The notes under the pieces were generated by a model that saw nothing but the letters and a program-made list of their open reading frames with translations, searched no databases and was not told the DNA's origin. 64,000 nucleotides of DNA from Thermoanaerobaculia bacterium (GTDB lineage Bacteria > Acidobacteriota > Thermoanaerobaculia > UBA5066). The stretch lies in the NCBI GenBank assembly GCA_038245905.1, contig JBBRRY010000004.1, positions 64,001 through 128,000 of the forward strand. The letters are read 5' to 3'. Shown here piece after piece: positions 38,844-48,478 of the stretch. Made by a program: the position numbers and the translations under genes. The first letter of the stretch is position 1. Each line of letters opens with the position of its first letter.

Positions 38844-41791
38844 GCGCGACGCCCGCCCCCCGCAACCTCGCCGACCGCGCCTGGCAGGCGATCGACGAGC
38901 GCTTCCACCTCTCCGGCCTCGTCGAGTTCCTCTCGCACAAGGAAATCCCGGCCTCCCATTCGATCGTCTGGTACTACCTCGGTGGGCTCTCGCTCTTCCT
39001 CTTCGTCGTCCAGATCGGCACGGGAATACTGCTCCTCATGAACTATCAGGTCGGGGAGAGCACGTCCTACGAGTCCATGAAGCACCTCGTGGGCCGCGTG
39101 CCGTTCGGCTGGCTTGTCCGGTCGATCCACTGCTGGTCGGCGCACCTCATGACCCTCGCGGTGATCGCGCACCTGTTCAGCGTCCTTTTCGTCAAGGCGT
39201 ACCGCAAGCCGCGCGAGCTCACCTGGTACACGGGCTTCATGATGCTCGGGCTCGTCCTCGGCTTCGGTTTCTCGGGCTACCTCCTTCCGTGGAACGAGCT
39301 GAGCTACTTCGCAACGGCGGTCGGAACGGACTCGCTGAAGGCGGTTCCCTACATCGGCCCGTGGCTTCTGCGCGTCCTGCGCGGCGGCGACGAGGTTTCC
39401 GTCCAGACGCTCTACCGGTTCTTCGCGCTCCACGTGTGCATCCTGCCGCTCGCGATCGCGGGCCTCATCGGAGCCCATCTCCTCTTCATCCAGCGGCAGG
39501 GCATGGCCGAGCCGATGGAGACCGGCCACGCGCCCCTCGAGAAGAGGAGGGGGATGCCGTTCTTCCCGAACTTCGCGCTCCGGGACCTGCTCCTCTGGGT
39601 CATGGTCCTCAACGTCCTCGCGCTCCTTGCCGTCATCCTTCCGTTCGGATCCGGCATCCCCGGGATGGAGTGGGAGCTCGGCGAGAAGGCGAACCCGCTC
39701 AAGCCCGCGTACCCCGGCATCAAGCCCGAATGGTACTTCCTGTGGGTCTACCAGATGCTCAAGGAGTTCCCGGCGCACATCGCGGGCATGGAAGGGCCGC
39801 AGGCCTGCATCCTCCTCGCGAGCATCCTCGGCGGCATCGCGTTCTTTATTCCGCTCCTCGACCGCAACGCGGCGAAGGGCAAGCCGAGCCCGTTCTTCAC
39901 GGATCTCGGCGTCGCGGGCCTCCTCTTCCTCGGGTTCCTGACCGTCAAGGCGTGGGACGTCGGCGTGACGGTCCCGAAGGGGCAGGACCCCACTGCCGAT
40001 CCCGTCCTCGCGAACACGATCGCGCGGACGGCGGCGATCTGGATCATCGGGATCGGGATCACCGTGACGCTCATACGCCGGCTGAAGTGGAAGCATTCCG
40101 CATTCGACTTCACGATCGCGGTCCTCCTGCAGGCCGCCCTCAACGGTTTCGCGCACCTTTCCTGGCTCGTCGCGGGCGGCATCGCGCTGGCCCTCCTCGC
40201 GGCGATGACGATCGTTCGCCGCGTTCGCGGCGGGGGAGCGATCGCCGCTCTCGTGCTTCTCGCGATCGTCGCGGCTCCGGTTCGCGCCGAAGACAAGGCG
40301 GCCGACAAGGCCGGCCACGTGGCCGAAGCCTCCTGGCCGGCGGACTTCCAGAAGATATATGCCGCGGAGGAGAAGGGCGTGCCCGTCCTCGACGACAAGG
40401 CCCGCGCGCGCTTCAAAGCCCTCCCGACCCACGCCCAGGAGCTGTTCTTCTCGGCCGCGAAGGCGGGGACTCTCTCCGGGGGCACGCATCTCGCCGCGCT
40501 CCTCGCCCTCGAGATCGACGACCGCAAGGTCGAGCTCATCCTCTCGGACAACTGCTTTCTCTGCCACTCGAACCCCGACCTCCCGGACGAGATCCTCTTC
40601 AGGAGGCGCGACAAAGGCGACCCGCTCGTCCACCTCGAGATCCGCGAGGTCGTGAGCGACGTCCACGTCCGCGGCGGCCTCATGTGCGCGGGCTGCCACG
40701 GCGGCAAGCCCACGGACATGGAGATGTCGGCCGACATCGGCAAGCGGTGGCCGTCCTCCGAGGTCCGCCACAAGGACCGCTCGTGGATCCCGGAGTTCTG
40801 CGCGAAATGCCACTCGTCGAGCGAGTTCATGCGGGCCTACAACCCCTCGCTCCCCGTGGACCAGCTCCTGAAGTACCGGACGTCGAAGCACGGCCAGCTC
40901 CTCCTCGAGAAGAAGGATTCCAAGGCCGCTCAGTGCGTGAGCTGCCACGGCGTGCACGGCATCCGGCCGCCGGACTCGACGACGTCCCTCGTCTACCGCG
41001 AGAACATCCCGTCGACCTGCGGCAAGTGCCACGCGGACGCCGCGTACATGAAGGGCTACATGAAGGAGGACGGCAAGACGCCGCTTCCGACAAACCAGCT
41101 CGAGCAGTACAAGAAGAGCGTTCACGGGATCGCCCTTCTCGTGAAGCACGACGTCGGCGCCCCGGCCTGCAACAGCTGCCACGGCAACCACGCGGCGCTG
41201 CCTCCTCAGGTCGCGTTCGTCTCGCAGGTGTGCCGGAACTGCCACGCGGCGAACGGAAACCTCTTCGACGGCAGCCCGCACAAGAAGTCGTTCGAGAAGC
41301 ACGGCTGGCCCGAGTGCCAGACCTGTCACGGCAAACACGACATCCAGCGTCCGACGGACGAGATGCTGAAGGACGACCCGAAGGGGCTCTGCCACGCCTG
41401 TCACGCCCAGTACGGCCAGCCGAAGTGCGACGAGACGGCGCGGTATTTCTACAAGTCGATCACGGGCCTCGCCGAGTCGCACGCGGCGCTCAACCACGAC
41501 GTCGACCGGCTCCTGGAGCGCGGCTTCGACGTCGACGAGCTCCGATTCCAGTCGAGCGCCGTCGCCGACGCGCTCCGAAAGACGCGCCTCGGCATCCACA
41601 CGTTCGACCGGAGCGACTTCGCGCGCAACGCGGACGCGACGACGACGGCCCTCGATGCGCTCAAAGCCGGTGCGGCGAACGTGTGGAAGGAGTACCGGTT
41701 CCGCCGGAACGGACTGCTCCTCGCGACCGTCCTCATCTCGCTCTTCGGCGTGCTCCTCTACCTGAAGATTCGCCAGGTGGACCGGCGGTGA
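38840..41791 (+). CDS. cytochrome b (b6 + subunit IV-like) fused to a nine-heme cytochrome c domain
   Basis: GWLVRSIHCWSAHL, SGYLLPW, RFFALHV, KPEWYF; then CFLCH, CAGCH, CAKCH, CVSCH, CGKCH, CNSCH, CRNCH, CQTCH, CHACH and a C-terminal TM anchor. Confidence 0.92.
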   Translation: MSATPAPRNLADRAWQAIDERFHLSGLVEFLSHKEIPASHSIVWYYLGGLSLFLFVVQIGTGILLLMNYQVGESTSYESMKHLVGRVPFGWLVRSIHCWSAHLMTLAVIAHLFSVLFVKAYRKPRELTWYTGFMMLGLVLGFGFSGYLLPWNELSYFATAVGTDSLKAVPYIGPWLLRVLRGGDEVSVQTLYRFFALHVCILPLAIAGLIGAHLLFIQRQGMAEPMETGHAPLEKRRGMPFFPNFALRDLLLWVMVLNVLALLAVILPFGSGIPGMEWELGEKANPLKPAYPGIKPEWYFLWVYQMLKEFPAHIAGMEGPQACILLASILGGIAFFIPLLDRNAAKGKPSPFFTDLGVAGLLFLGFLTVKAWDVGVTVPKGQDPTADPVLANTIARTAAIWIIGIGITVTLIRRLKWKHSAFDFTIAVLLQAALNGFAHLSWLVAGGIALALLAAMTIVRRVRGGGAIAALVLLAIVAAPVRAEDKAADKAGHVAEASWPADFQKIYAAEEKGVPVLDDKARARFKALPTHAQELFFSAAKAGTLSGGTHLAALLALEIDDRKVELILSDNCFLCHSNPDLPDEILFRRRDKGDPLVHLEIREVVSDVHVRGGLMCAGCHGGKPTDMEMSADIGKRWPSSEVRHKDRSWIPEFCAKCHSSSEFMRAYNPSLPVDQLLKYRTSKHGQLLLEKKDSKAAQCVSCHGVHGIRPPDSTTSLVYRENIPSTCGKCHADAAYMKGYMKEDGKTPLPTNQLEQYKKSVHGIALLVKHDVGAPACNSCHGNHAALPPQVAFVSQVCRNCHAANGNLFDGSPHKKSFEKHGWPECQTCHGKHDIQRPTDEMLKDDPKGLCHACHAQYGQPKCDETARYFYKSITGLAESHAALNHDVDRLLERGFDVDELRFQSSAVADALRKTRLGIHTFDRSDFARNADATTTALDALKAGAANVWKEYRFRRNGLLLATVLISLFGVLLYLKIRQVDRR

Positions 41792-41838
41792 CGGTGCGCG
41801 TGCGGACGGAGACGCGCGCCGGCTGACGGGGGACCGCA

Positions 41839-43380
41839 ATGGACGGCCGGCGCGTCGACCTGGAAGGCCGCGTGGCGCTCCTCGAGGGCGCCCTGAGAGA
41901 CGTCTCCGCGCGTCTCGAGGCGCTCGAGGGCACGACGGAGCCGCCGGTCGCGGTTGCCGCTGCGGCCGCGGTGGTCTCCGCATCTCCGCTCGCGGCGCCC
42001 GCGGTCTCCGAGGCGGCGGAAGAGGGCGCGCCTGTCGCGAACGCGCTTACGCTCGCGGGGAGGAGCTTCCTCGTCCTCGGCGGCGCGTTCCTGCTGCGCG
42101 CGATCACGGAGGGCGGGCGCCTGCCGGTCTTCTTCGGCGCGCTTCTCGGTCTCGCTTACGCCCTCCTCTGGATTGGAGCGTCGTGGCGGGCCGGAGCGCG
42201 CGGCGAGCGGACGAGCGCGAGCGTGCACGGCGTGACCGCGGCGCTCATCGCGTTCCCCCTGGTCGGCGAGGCCGCGACGCGGCTCGGCGCGTTCTCACCG
42301 GCCGTCGCCGCGCTCGCGCTCGCGGCGGTCGCGGCCGCGTTTTGCGCGTCGGGCTTGCTCACGCGCCTGGCGCTCCTCGTGTGGATCGGCGTCCTCGCGG
42401 GTGCCGCGACGGCGTCGGGCCTGTTCGTCGCGACGGGCGCGATCGGGACGTTCGTCGTCTTTCTTCTCGCGCTCTACGCCGCGACGCTGGCTCTCCGGCG
42501 GGCGCCGGGCGCCGCCCGGATCGAGTGGATTCCCGGCATCGCGGCCGCGGTGACCCTCGCCGTCGGCGCCTGGCTCTCGACGCGGGCTGCCGGTACGCCC
42601 GAGAGCTGGACCCCTGTCTCTCCGGTGGGAATCGCCACTTTCGCCGCCGCCCTCGTTCTCCTCGCGGTTGCGGGCGCGGCGCACGACGCAAGGTCGCGCG
42701 GCCTCGTGCCGACGGTGACGGACGTCCTGCAACCCGCCGGGGCCCTCACCGTCATTGTTGGGATCCTCTGGGGTGGCGCTGCCGTTGCCGTCTTCTGGAG
42801 CCTCCTCGGAATCGTGCTGTCGGCGCGGTCGCCTCGGGACGGGCGTGGCTGGATTGCGTGGCTTGCCGGAGGCGTCGTCTTCGGCTCGTCCATTCTCTCG
42901 GGTCTCTTCAAGGACGAGGTGCTGGCGTTCGTCGTCGCGCCGGGCGAATTCCCCTCCGCCACTGGGCCCGCGGTCTTCGCCGCGATCTCGGCTTTCGTCG
43001 CCTTCGCCGTCGCGGCCGCCGGGGCGCCGGACGTCCCCGTCCTCCGGGCGGGGCCGGCGCTCGTGAGCGCCGCACTCGCGCTCGGCAGCGTTCTCGCGCT
43101 TGCCGTCGGGCTCGCGCCGTTCAACTCGACGCCGTCCGGCCTCGCTCTCGTCCGCACGGCCGTCCTTTGCGCGGGCGCACTCGCGGCGGCCTGGACGGCC
43201 CGCTGGCCGCGGCTCCTGACGCTCGCGATCCTCTCGCTTCCGATTCTCGCGGCCGCCGGAATCAAGCTCTTCATCCAGGACCTGGGCGCCGGGCGACCCG
43301 TGACGCTCTTCGGGGCATTCGTTCTCTACGGCACGACGCTCCTCATCGTACCGCGCCTGCTCAAGGTCCGGCCACGCTGA
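41839..43380 (+). CDS. polytopic membrane protein (DUF2339-like)
   Basis: N-terminal coiled coil, many hydrophobic segments, C-terminal KLFIQDL. Confidence 0.7.
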   Translation: MDGRRVDLEGRVALLEGALRDVSARLEALEGTTEPPVAVAAAAAVVSASPLAAPAVSEAAEEGAPVANALTLAGRSFLVLGGAFLLRAITEGGRLPVFFGALLGLAYALLWIGASWRAGARGERTSASVHGVTAALIAFPLVGEAATRLGAFSPAVAALALAAVAAAFCASGLLTRLALLVWIGVLAGAATASGLFVATGAIGTFVVFLLALYAATLALRRAPGAARIEWIPGIAAAVTLAVGAWLSTRAAGTPESWTPVSPVGIATFAAALVLLAVAGAAHDARSRGLVPTVTDVLQPAGALTVIVGILWGGAAVAVFWSLLGIVLSARSPRDGRGWIAWLAGGVVFGSSILSGLFKDEVLAFVVAPGEFPSATGPAVFAAISAFVAFAVAAAGAPDVPVLRAGPALVSAALALGSVLALAVGLAPFNSTPSGLALVRTAVLCAGALAAAWTARWPRLLTLAILSLPILAAAGIKLFIQDLGAGRPVTLFGAFVLYGTTLLIVPRLLKVRPR

Positions 43381-43481
43381 TCGCCCCGGCCGGGGCGCCC
43401 CGGCCGCCGGCCCCCGGGCCCGGGAGCCTGATCGGTTTGCACCATAGCCGCCGGACCCTTGGATACGGAGAATCCATCTCC

Positions 43482-46460
43482 ATGTATCAGATCGTCCGCC
43501 GCCATCAGTTTTCGGAATCGACCTTCCTGTGGGACGTGTACGCGCCCGACGTGGCCCGTGCCGCCCAGCCAGGGCATTTCGTCATGCTGCGCCTCCGCGA
43601 GGGGGGCGAGCGCATTCCCCTGACGGTGGCCGACTACGACCGCGACTGGGGAACCGTGACGATCGTCATTCAGGCGATCGGCAAGACGACCCGCGAGATG
43701 ATGGGGGCCTACCAGGAAGGCGACACGTTTCTCGATTTCGTGGGCCCGCTCGGCATGCCCAGCCACGTGAAGAACGTCGGCCACGTCGTCCTCGTCGGGG
43801 GCGGCCTCGGCGTCGCGCCCGTGTTCCCGCAGCTCCGGGCCTTCAAGGAGGCCGGCAACCGCGTCACGGGAATCATCGGCTTCAGGACGAAGGAGCTCGT
43901 GTTCTGGGAGGATCGGTTCAAGAAGTATTGCGACGATCTGATCGTCTGCACCGACGACGGCACCTACGGCCGGCCGGGGTTCGTGACGGCCGCGCTCGAG
44001 GACGTCCTCTCGAAGGAGAAGGTCGACGAGGTCGTGGCGATCGGTCCGCTCCCGATGATGAAGGCCTGCACCGAGGTCACGCGCCCGCGCGGCGTGCCGA
44101 CGGCCGTGAGCCTCAACGCGATCATGGTCGACGGCACGGGCATGTGCGGCTCCTGCCGCGTCAGCGTCGACGGCGAAATCAAGTTCGCCTGTGTCGAGGG
44201 CCCCGACTTCGACGCGCACAAGATCGACTTCGGAGAGCTCATGCTCAGGCAGCAGCGCTTCAAGTCGCAGGAGACGCGCGCGAACGAGGATTTCGCCCAC
44301 ACCTGCAAAATGGAGAAGCAGCTCTTCGAGGACGAGAAGCGCAACTACAAGAAGCTCAAGGACGTGACGCCGCACGCGGTGCACATGGCCGAGCGGAATG
44401 CGGACGAGCGCGCACACAACTTCCTCGAGGTGAACCTCGGCTACACGATGGCCGACGCGCTGACGGAGGCCGAGCGCTGCATCCAGTGCCTCCGGCCCAC
44501 CTGCGTGCAGGGCTGCCCGGTCGCGATCGACATCCCGCGCTTCATCCGCCACCTCCTCGTGCGCGACCTCGGGGGCGCCGCCGCGGCCATCCGCGAGATC
44601 TCCCCCTTCCCCTCCGTGTGCGGCCGCGTCTGCCCGCAGGAGAGCCAGTGCGAGGCGCTTTGCATCCTCACGAAGACCAAGACGATGGAATCCGTCGCGA
44701 TCGGCCGGCTCGAGCGCTTCGTGGGCGACCACGCCCCCGTGACGGCGCCCCCACCACGCCCCGCGAGCGCCCCGATCGGAAAGGTCGCGATCGTGGGCTC
44801 GGGCCCGGCCGGCCTCGCCTGCGCGGGCGACCTCGCGCGCGACGGTGCGGACGTCACCATCTTCGAGGCTCTTCACATCATCGGCGGCGTCCTCCGGTAC
44901 GGGATCCCGTCCTTCCGGCTGCCGCGCAACATCATCGACCGCGAAGTGAAGCAGCTTGAGGACATGGGCGTGCGGTTCGAGACGAACAAGGTCATCGGCA
45001 AGACGTTCACGATCCCGCAGCTCCTCTCGGAGCAGAAGTTCGACGCCGTGTTCGTGGGCACGGGCGCGGGCGCGCCCGCGTTCCTCGGCATCCCCGGCGA
45101 GTTCGCCGGGCAGGTCTACAGCGCGAACGAGTTCCTCACCCGTGTGAACCTCATGGGCGGCGACAACTTCCCGTACGAGGACACTCCCGTCACGCTCGGG
45201 CAGAAGATCGTCGTCATCGGCGCGGGGAACACGGCGATGGACTGCCTGCGCGTGTCGAAGCGCCTCGGCGCCGAACTGGTCCGCTGCGTCTACCGGCGCA
45301 CGAAGGCGGAGGCGCCTGCCCGCATCGAGGAGCTCCGCCACGCCGAGGAAGAGGGCATCACGTTCCACTGGCTGCGAGGCCCGACCGAGATCGTCACGGA
45401 CGACAAGGGCGGCGTGAAGGGGCTCGTCTGCCAGAAGATGGAGCTGGGACCCGCCGACGCTTCGGGCCGCCGCCGCCCCGTCCCCATCCCGGGCGAGATG
45501 GAGACGTTCGAGTGCGACACCGTCATCTACGCGCTCGGCACGCGCGCGAACCCCGTCATCGCGCGGTCCACGCCGGGACTCTCCGTGCGCGGCGAGGGCT
45601 ACATCAACGTGGATGAGACGACCCAGGCCGCGAACATCCCCGGCGTCTTCGCTGGCGGCGACATCGTCACGGGCGCCGCCACGGTCATCCTCGCGCTCGG
45701 CGCGGGCCGGCGCGCGGCGCGCGCGATTCGTTCCTATCTCGGGAACCGCGTCTGGCCTCCCGTGATCCGCGAGGACTCGAAGATCCCGGCCGTGGCCGCG
45801 CCCGACGAGAGCGTCTGCAAGAAGTGCCGCCGGCCGATTGAGGCGGGCGAGGATTACGTCTGCTGCGCGGGGGAGCGCCTCACTTTCCAGTGCACGTCCT
45901 GCCACAAGGTGTCCGAGGGCTTCGCGTTCCCTTACGGCCTCTGCCCGTACTGCGGCGGCGCGTTCGAGACGCGCGCGGAGATCGCGGCCCCCGAGGGCGC
46001 CCTCGCCGAGGCCGTCCGGAAGGCCTACGAGATCGAGATCGGCGGAGTCCTCTTCTACGCCAACGGCGCGAAGGAGATGGAGAGGTCCGGTGCCGACCCG
46101 GAGGTCATTGCGCTCTTCAGCCGGCTCTCGGCGATGGAGCGAGAGCACATGGAAATTCTCGCGCGGCGTTACCACCTCGAAGCGCCCGATCTCTCCGGCG
46201 ACGGGCCGTCCCCGGCGCAGCTCGCGGTCTTCTCGGGCAGCGAGCCCTCGGCGACGGCCGACGGCGTCGCGCTGCTACGCCTCGCCGTCCACCTCGAGAA
46301 GCGCGCGGGCCGGTTCTTCCTGGAGACCGGGCGCAAGTTCTCCGAGGCCTCGCCCGAGTGGCGGCTCTACCGCGAGCTGGAGGCTGAGGAGAGAGAGCAC
46401 GCGGAGCTCCTCGAAGGCGCCGCGATGCGGCTCAAGGCGGGGCGTCCGCTCGTCATCTAG
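43482..46460 (+). CDS. NfnA-NfnB (SudB-SudA/GltD-like) fusion with C-terminal Cys-rich and rubrerythrin/ferritin-like domains
   Basis: ERIPLT, GGGLG, DGTGMCGSCR..CVEGP; RCIQC..CVQGCP, CGRVCPQESQC, GSGPAG, GAGNTAMD, AGGD; tail with two EREH motifs. ATG 43482. Confidence 0.92.
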   Translation: MYQIVRRHQFSESTFLWDVYAPDVARAAQPGHFVMLRLREGGERIPLTVADYDRDWGTVTIVIQAIGKTTREMMGAYQEGDTFLDFVGPLGMPSHVKNVGHVVLVGGGLGVAPVFPQLRAFKEAGNRVTGIIGFRTKELVFWEDRFKKYCDDLIVCTDDGTYGRPGFVTAALEDVLSKEKVDEVVAIGPLPMMKACTEVTRPRGVPTAVSLNAIMVDGTGMCGSCRVSVDGEIKFACVEGPDFDAHKIDFGELMLRQQRFKSQETRANEDFAHTCKMEKQLFEDEKRNYKKLKDVTPHAVHMAERNADERAHNFLEVNLGYTMADALTEAERCIQCLRPTCVQGCPVAIDIPRFIRHLLVRDLGGAAAAIREISPFPSVCGRVCPQESQCEALCILTKTKTMESVAIGRLERFVGDHAPVTAPPPRPASAPIGKVAIVGSGPAGLACAGDLARDGADVTIFEALHIIGGVLRYGIPSFRLPRNIIDREVKQLEDMGVRFETNKVIGKTFTIPQLLSEQKFDAVFVGTGAGAPAFLGIPGEFAGQVYSANEFLTRVNLMGGDNFPYEDTPVTLGQKIVVIGAGNTAMDCLRVSKRLGAELVRCVYRRTKAEAPARIEELRHAEEEGITFHWLRGPTEIVTDDKGGVKGLVCQKMELGPADASGRRRPVPIPGEMETFECDTVIYALGTRANPVIARSTPGLSVRGEGYINVDETTQAANIPGVFAGGDIVTGAATVILALGAGRRAARAIRSYLGNRVWPPVIREDSKIPAVAAPDESVCKKCRRPIEAGEDYVCCAGERLTFQCTSCHKVSEGFAFPYGLCPYCGGAFETRAEIAAPEGALAEAVRKAYEIEIGGVLFYANGAKEMERSGADPEVIALFSRLSAMEREHMEILARRYHLEAPDLSGDGPSPAQLAVFSGSEPSATADGVALLRLAVHLEKRAGRFFLETGRKFSEASPEWRLYRELEAEEREHAELLEGAAMRLKAGRPLVI

Positions 46461-46470
46461 GACAGGCCGG

Positions 46471-48426
46471 CTACTCCACCCGGCTGAGGTCTACGAGCCT
46501 CGAGTTCTTGCCCTGGAAGGCCATCCATTCCGGGTGGCGATCCAGGATCGGGCCGAGCCGACGCGAAAGAGCCGAGAGCTCCCACGGGAATCTGGTGTCG
46601 AGCAGGTAATCGAATCCGCGGGCTCGAAAAGCTCCGAGGATCTGTACTTCGGACGCGGCACTCGAGACTTCCTGCCGCCAGAGCCGATCCAGCGACAGGT
46701 CGTCCGTCGCGGCGGAGACGTCGTGTCCGAGCATGTAATAGATCTCGTTGTCGCCGGTCGTCACGATGCGCGCGGACCTCGGCACGTTCGTCGCGATCCA
46801 CAGCTTCGCGTCTCCAGCCGAGTGCTCCAGGAGCGCGCGCTGGAGGGGAAGATCCCGGGCCCGGTCGAGGACCGCTTCCGGTGCCAGCCGGGAGGTTGCG
46901 ACGACGGCGCCGAGGACGACGAGGCCGCTGGGCAGCAGGCGGAACGCCCGCACGCGTCTCGAGAGAAACCGCAATACGAGCAGCGAGAGGAGGGTCCCGG
47001 ACACGTTCAGAAGGACGAGGCCGGGACCCAGCAGGCGGAACTGCGTTCCTGGCCTCGCGACGACGAGGAAGCAGAGAAGGCTTCCGAGGGCGACAAAGAA
47101 CAGCAGGAAGCACCGCCGGCGAAACGCGAAGCTCCTTGCCGGAGCGAAGAGGCCGCGCACGAGAAAGAGGGGGATTGCGAGGGCGACGATGGCGAGCGTT
47201 CCTTCGTGCGCCAGACCCCCGAGTCGTTCCAGTCTCCAGGCGACGTGATCGTCTCGCAGCGACGGTGCCATCCCGTAGATGATTTCGCGCTGGCTGTTGC
47301 TCAGGGTGGTGAGAGGCGTGGCCCCGAGCGCGAGAGGATAGATAGCGCTTCCGGTGCCTCGGAGATTCCGGGCGAGAAGGGGAGTGGCGGCCAGCAGAAC
47401 TCCCAGAAGCACACTTGCCGCGGCCGACGGGACTCTCCTGGGGGCGTCGAGGAACTGATACACGAGCCAGCCGAGAAGCAGCGGCAGCAGGGTGAATGCG
47501 ACCGTGTACTTGGCAACGAACGCGGCGCCGAGGAAGACACCCGCCGCGACGTTCCTCCTCCACGAGCTTCGTACTCCCGACAGGAGGACGGCCCCGCACA
47601 GCAGCCATGCGGCCGCGCCGCAGTCGTTCTTCGCGAGAACGCCGTACCGCCATAGGGAAGAGGTCGCGAGGGCGGCAAACCCGCCGATGAGCGAAACCGC
47701 GGGAGGGAACCGAAGCCGTTGCAAGAGAGCGATGACCGCGAGCCCGATGGCGACCCAACCCAGTGTCAGGTGCGTCCACTGCGCGAAGATCTGGATCGCC
47801 GGGAGGCCGGCCTCGCCTTTCCCGAGGAAGAACTGTGCCGGCCAGAGATACAGGTACTCCCAGAGAGAAGCCTGGAAGTTCAGCGGATGCTGCGGGTCGA
47901 ATGCGATCGTTCCGCTGCGCAGCCAGAGGACCGGCGCGACGAGGTGATAGTAAAGCGGGTCGCCATGCCGTGCGAGATGCGTGGATTGAACGAAGCGAAG
48001 GCCGCAGTACGAGGCCAGGAGAGCGGTCAAGACGGCATGTCGTCGCGCGCGCGGCACGGGCGGAGCGCTCGGGAGCATGGCGAAAGAAAGGACACCGCCC
48101 AGGAGAAACGCGTTCGATGAGATGGGACCGTGAATACCGGCGACCAAGGTTAGGTAGGCCCACCACGCCGCGAAGAGGCTCCCAAGGCCCAGCGTCACGG
48201 CCCAGGCCTCCGCCCCGCGAAGGGCGTCCGGCGACGAGAGTCCGATCAGCCGGCTCGCCGCCCGTCCCCAGCCGGCTATCGCAATAACCCAGAACAGAAA
48301 AATGAGGAACAGGCCGAGCAGGCTCCTGAGACCGAAATCCTCCGTGGTCGAGGTGGGCACGTATCCGCCCACGGCGGCGAACCCCACCGCCGAAAAAGCC
48401 AGGGCTACCAAGATGCGGTTCTGCAA
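46471..48426 (-). CDS. polytopic membrane protein, probable GT-C-fold glycosyltransferase
   Basis: Many TM segments, DPLYYHL and KND motifs; follows a WcaJ-like gene. Start uncertain. Confidence 0.65.
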   Translation of the reverse strand: MQNRILVALAFSAVGFAAVGGYVPTSTTEDFGLRSLLGLFLIFLFWVIAIAGWGRAASRLIGLSSPDALRGAEAWAVTLGLGSLFAAWWAYLTLVAGIHGPISSNAFLLGGVLSFAMLPSAPPVPRARRHAVLTALLASYCGLRFVQSTHLARHGDPLYYHLVAPVLWLRSGTIAFDPQHPLNFQASLWEYLYLWPAQFFLGKGEAGLPAIQIFAQWTHLTLGWVAIGLAVIALLQRLRFPPAVSLIGGFAALATSSLWRYGVLAKNDCGAAAWLLCGAVLLSGVRSSWRRNVAAGVFLGAAFVAKYTVAFTLLPLLLGWLVYQFLDAPRRVPSAAASVLLGVLLAATPLLARNLRGTGSAIYPLALGATPLTTLSNSQREIIYGMAPSLRDDHVAWRLERLGGLAHEGTLAIVALAIPLFLVRGLFAPARSFAFRRRCFLLFFVALGSLLCFLVVARPGTQFRLLGPGLVLLNVSGTLLSLLVLRFLSRRVRAFRLLPSGLVVLGAVVATSRLAPEAVLDRARDLPLQRALLEHSAGDAKLWIATNVPRSARIVTTGDNEIYYMLGHDVSAATDDLSLDRLWRQEVSSAASEVQILGAFRARGFDYLLDTRFPWELSALSRRLGPILDRHPEWMAFQGKNSRLVDLSRVE

Positions 48427-48478
48427 CGGTCGTTTGAGTTGCGCTCGGCTGAAGTATGCAGTTGCCGCCGGCGGCGGC

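Noticed and set aside
42183-43481. 1425-aa ORF as one giant protein; likewise the N-terminal extensions of ORFs at 4242, 26163, 30281, 38420 and 53498
   Set aside because: The extensions are Arg/Pro-rich off-frame readings of neighbouring genes; internal starts fit the operon structure.
45891-45905. CTSCH as a heme c site in the Nfn fusion
   Set aside because: The protein has no export signal and the motif lies within a CxxC metal-ribbon region.
38783-46175. Very long antisense ORFs (1066 aa, 949 aa) and many similar shadow ORFs
   Set aside because: They mirror well-supported genes, are expected at high GC and carry no motifs.
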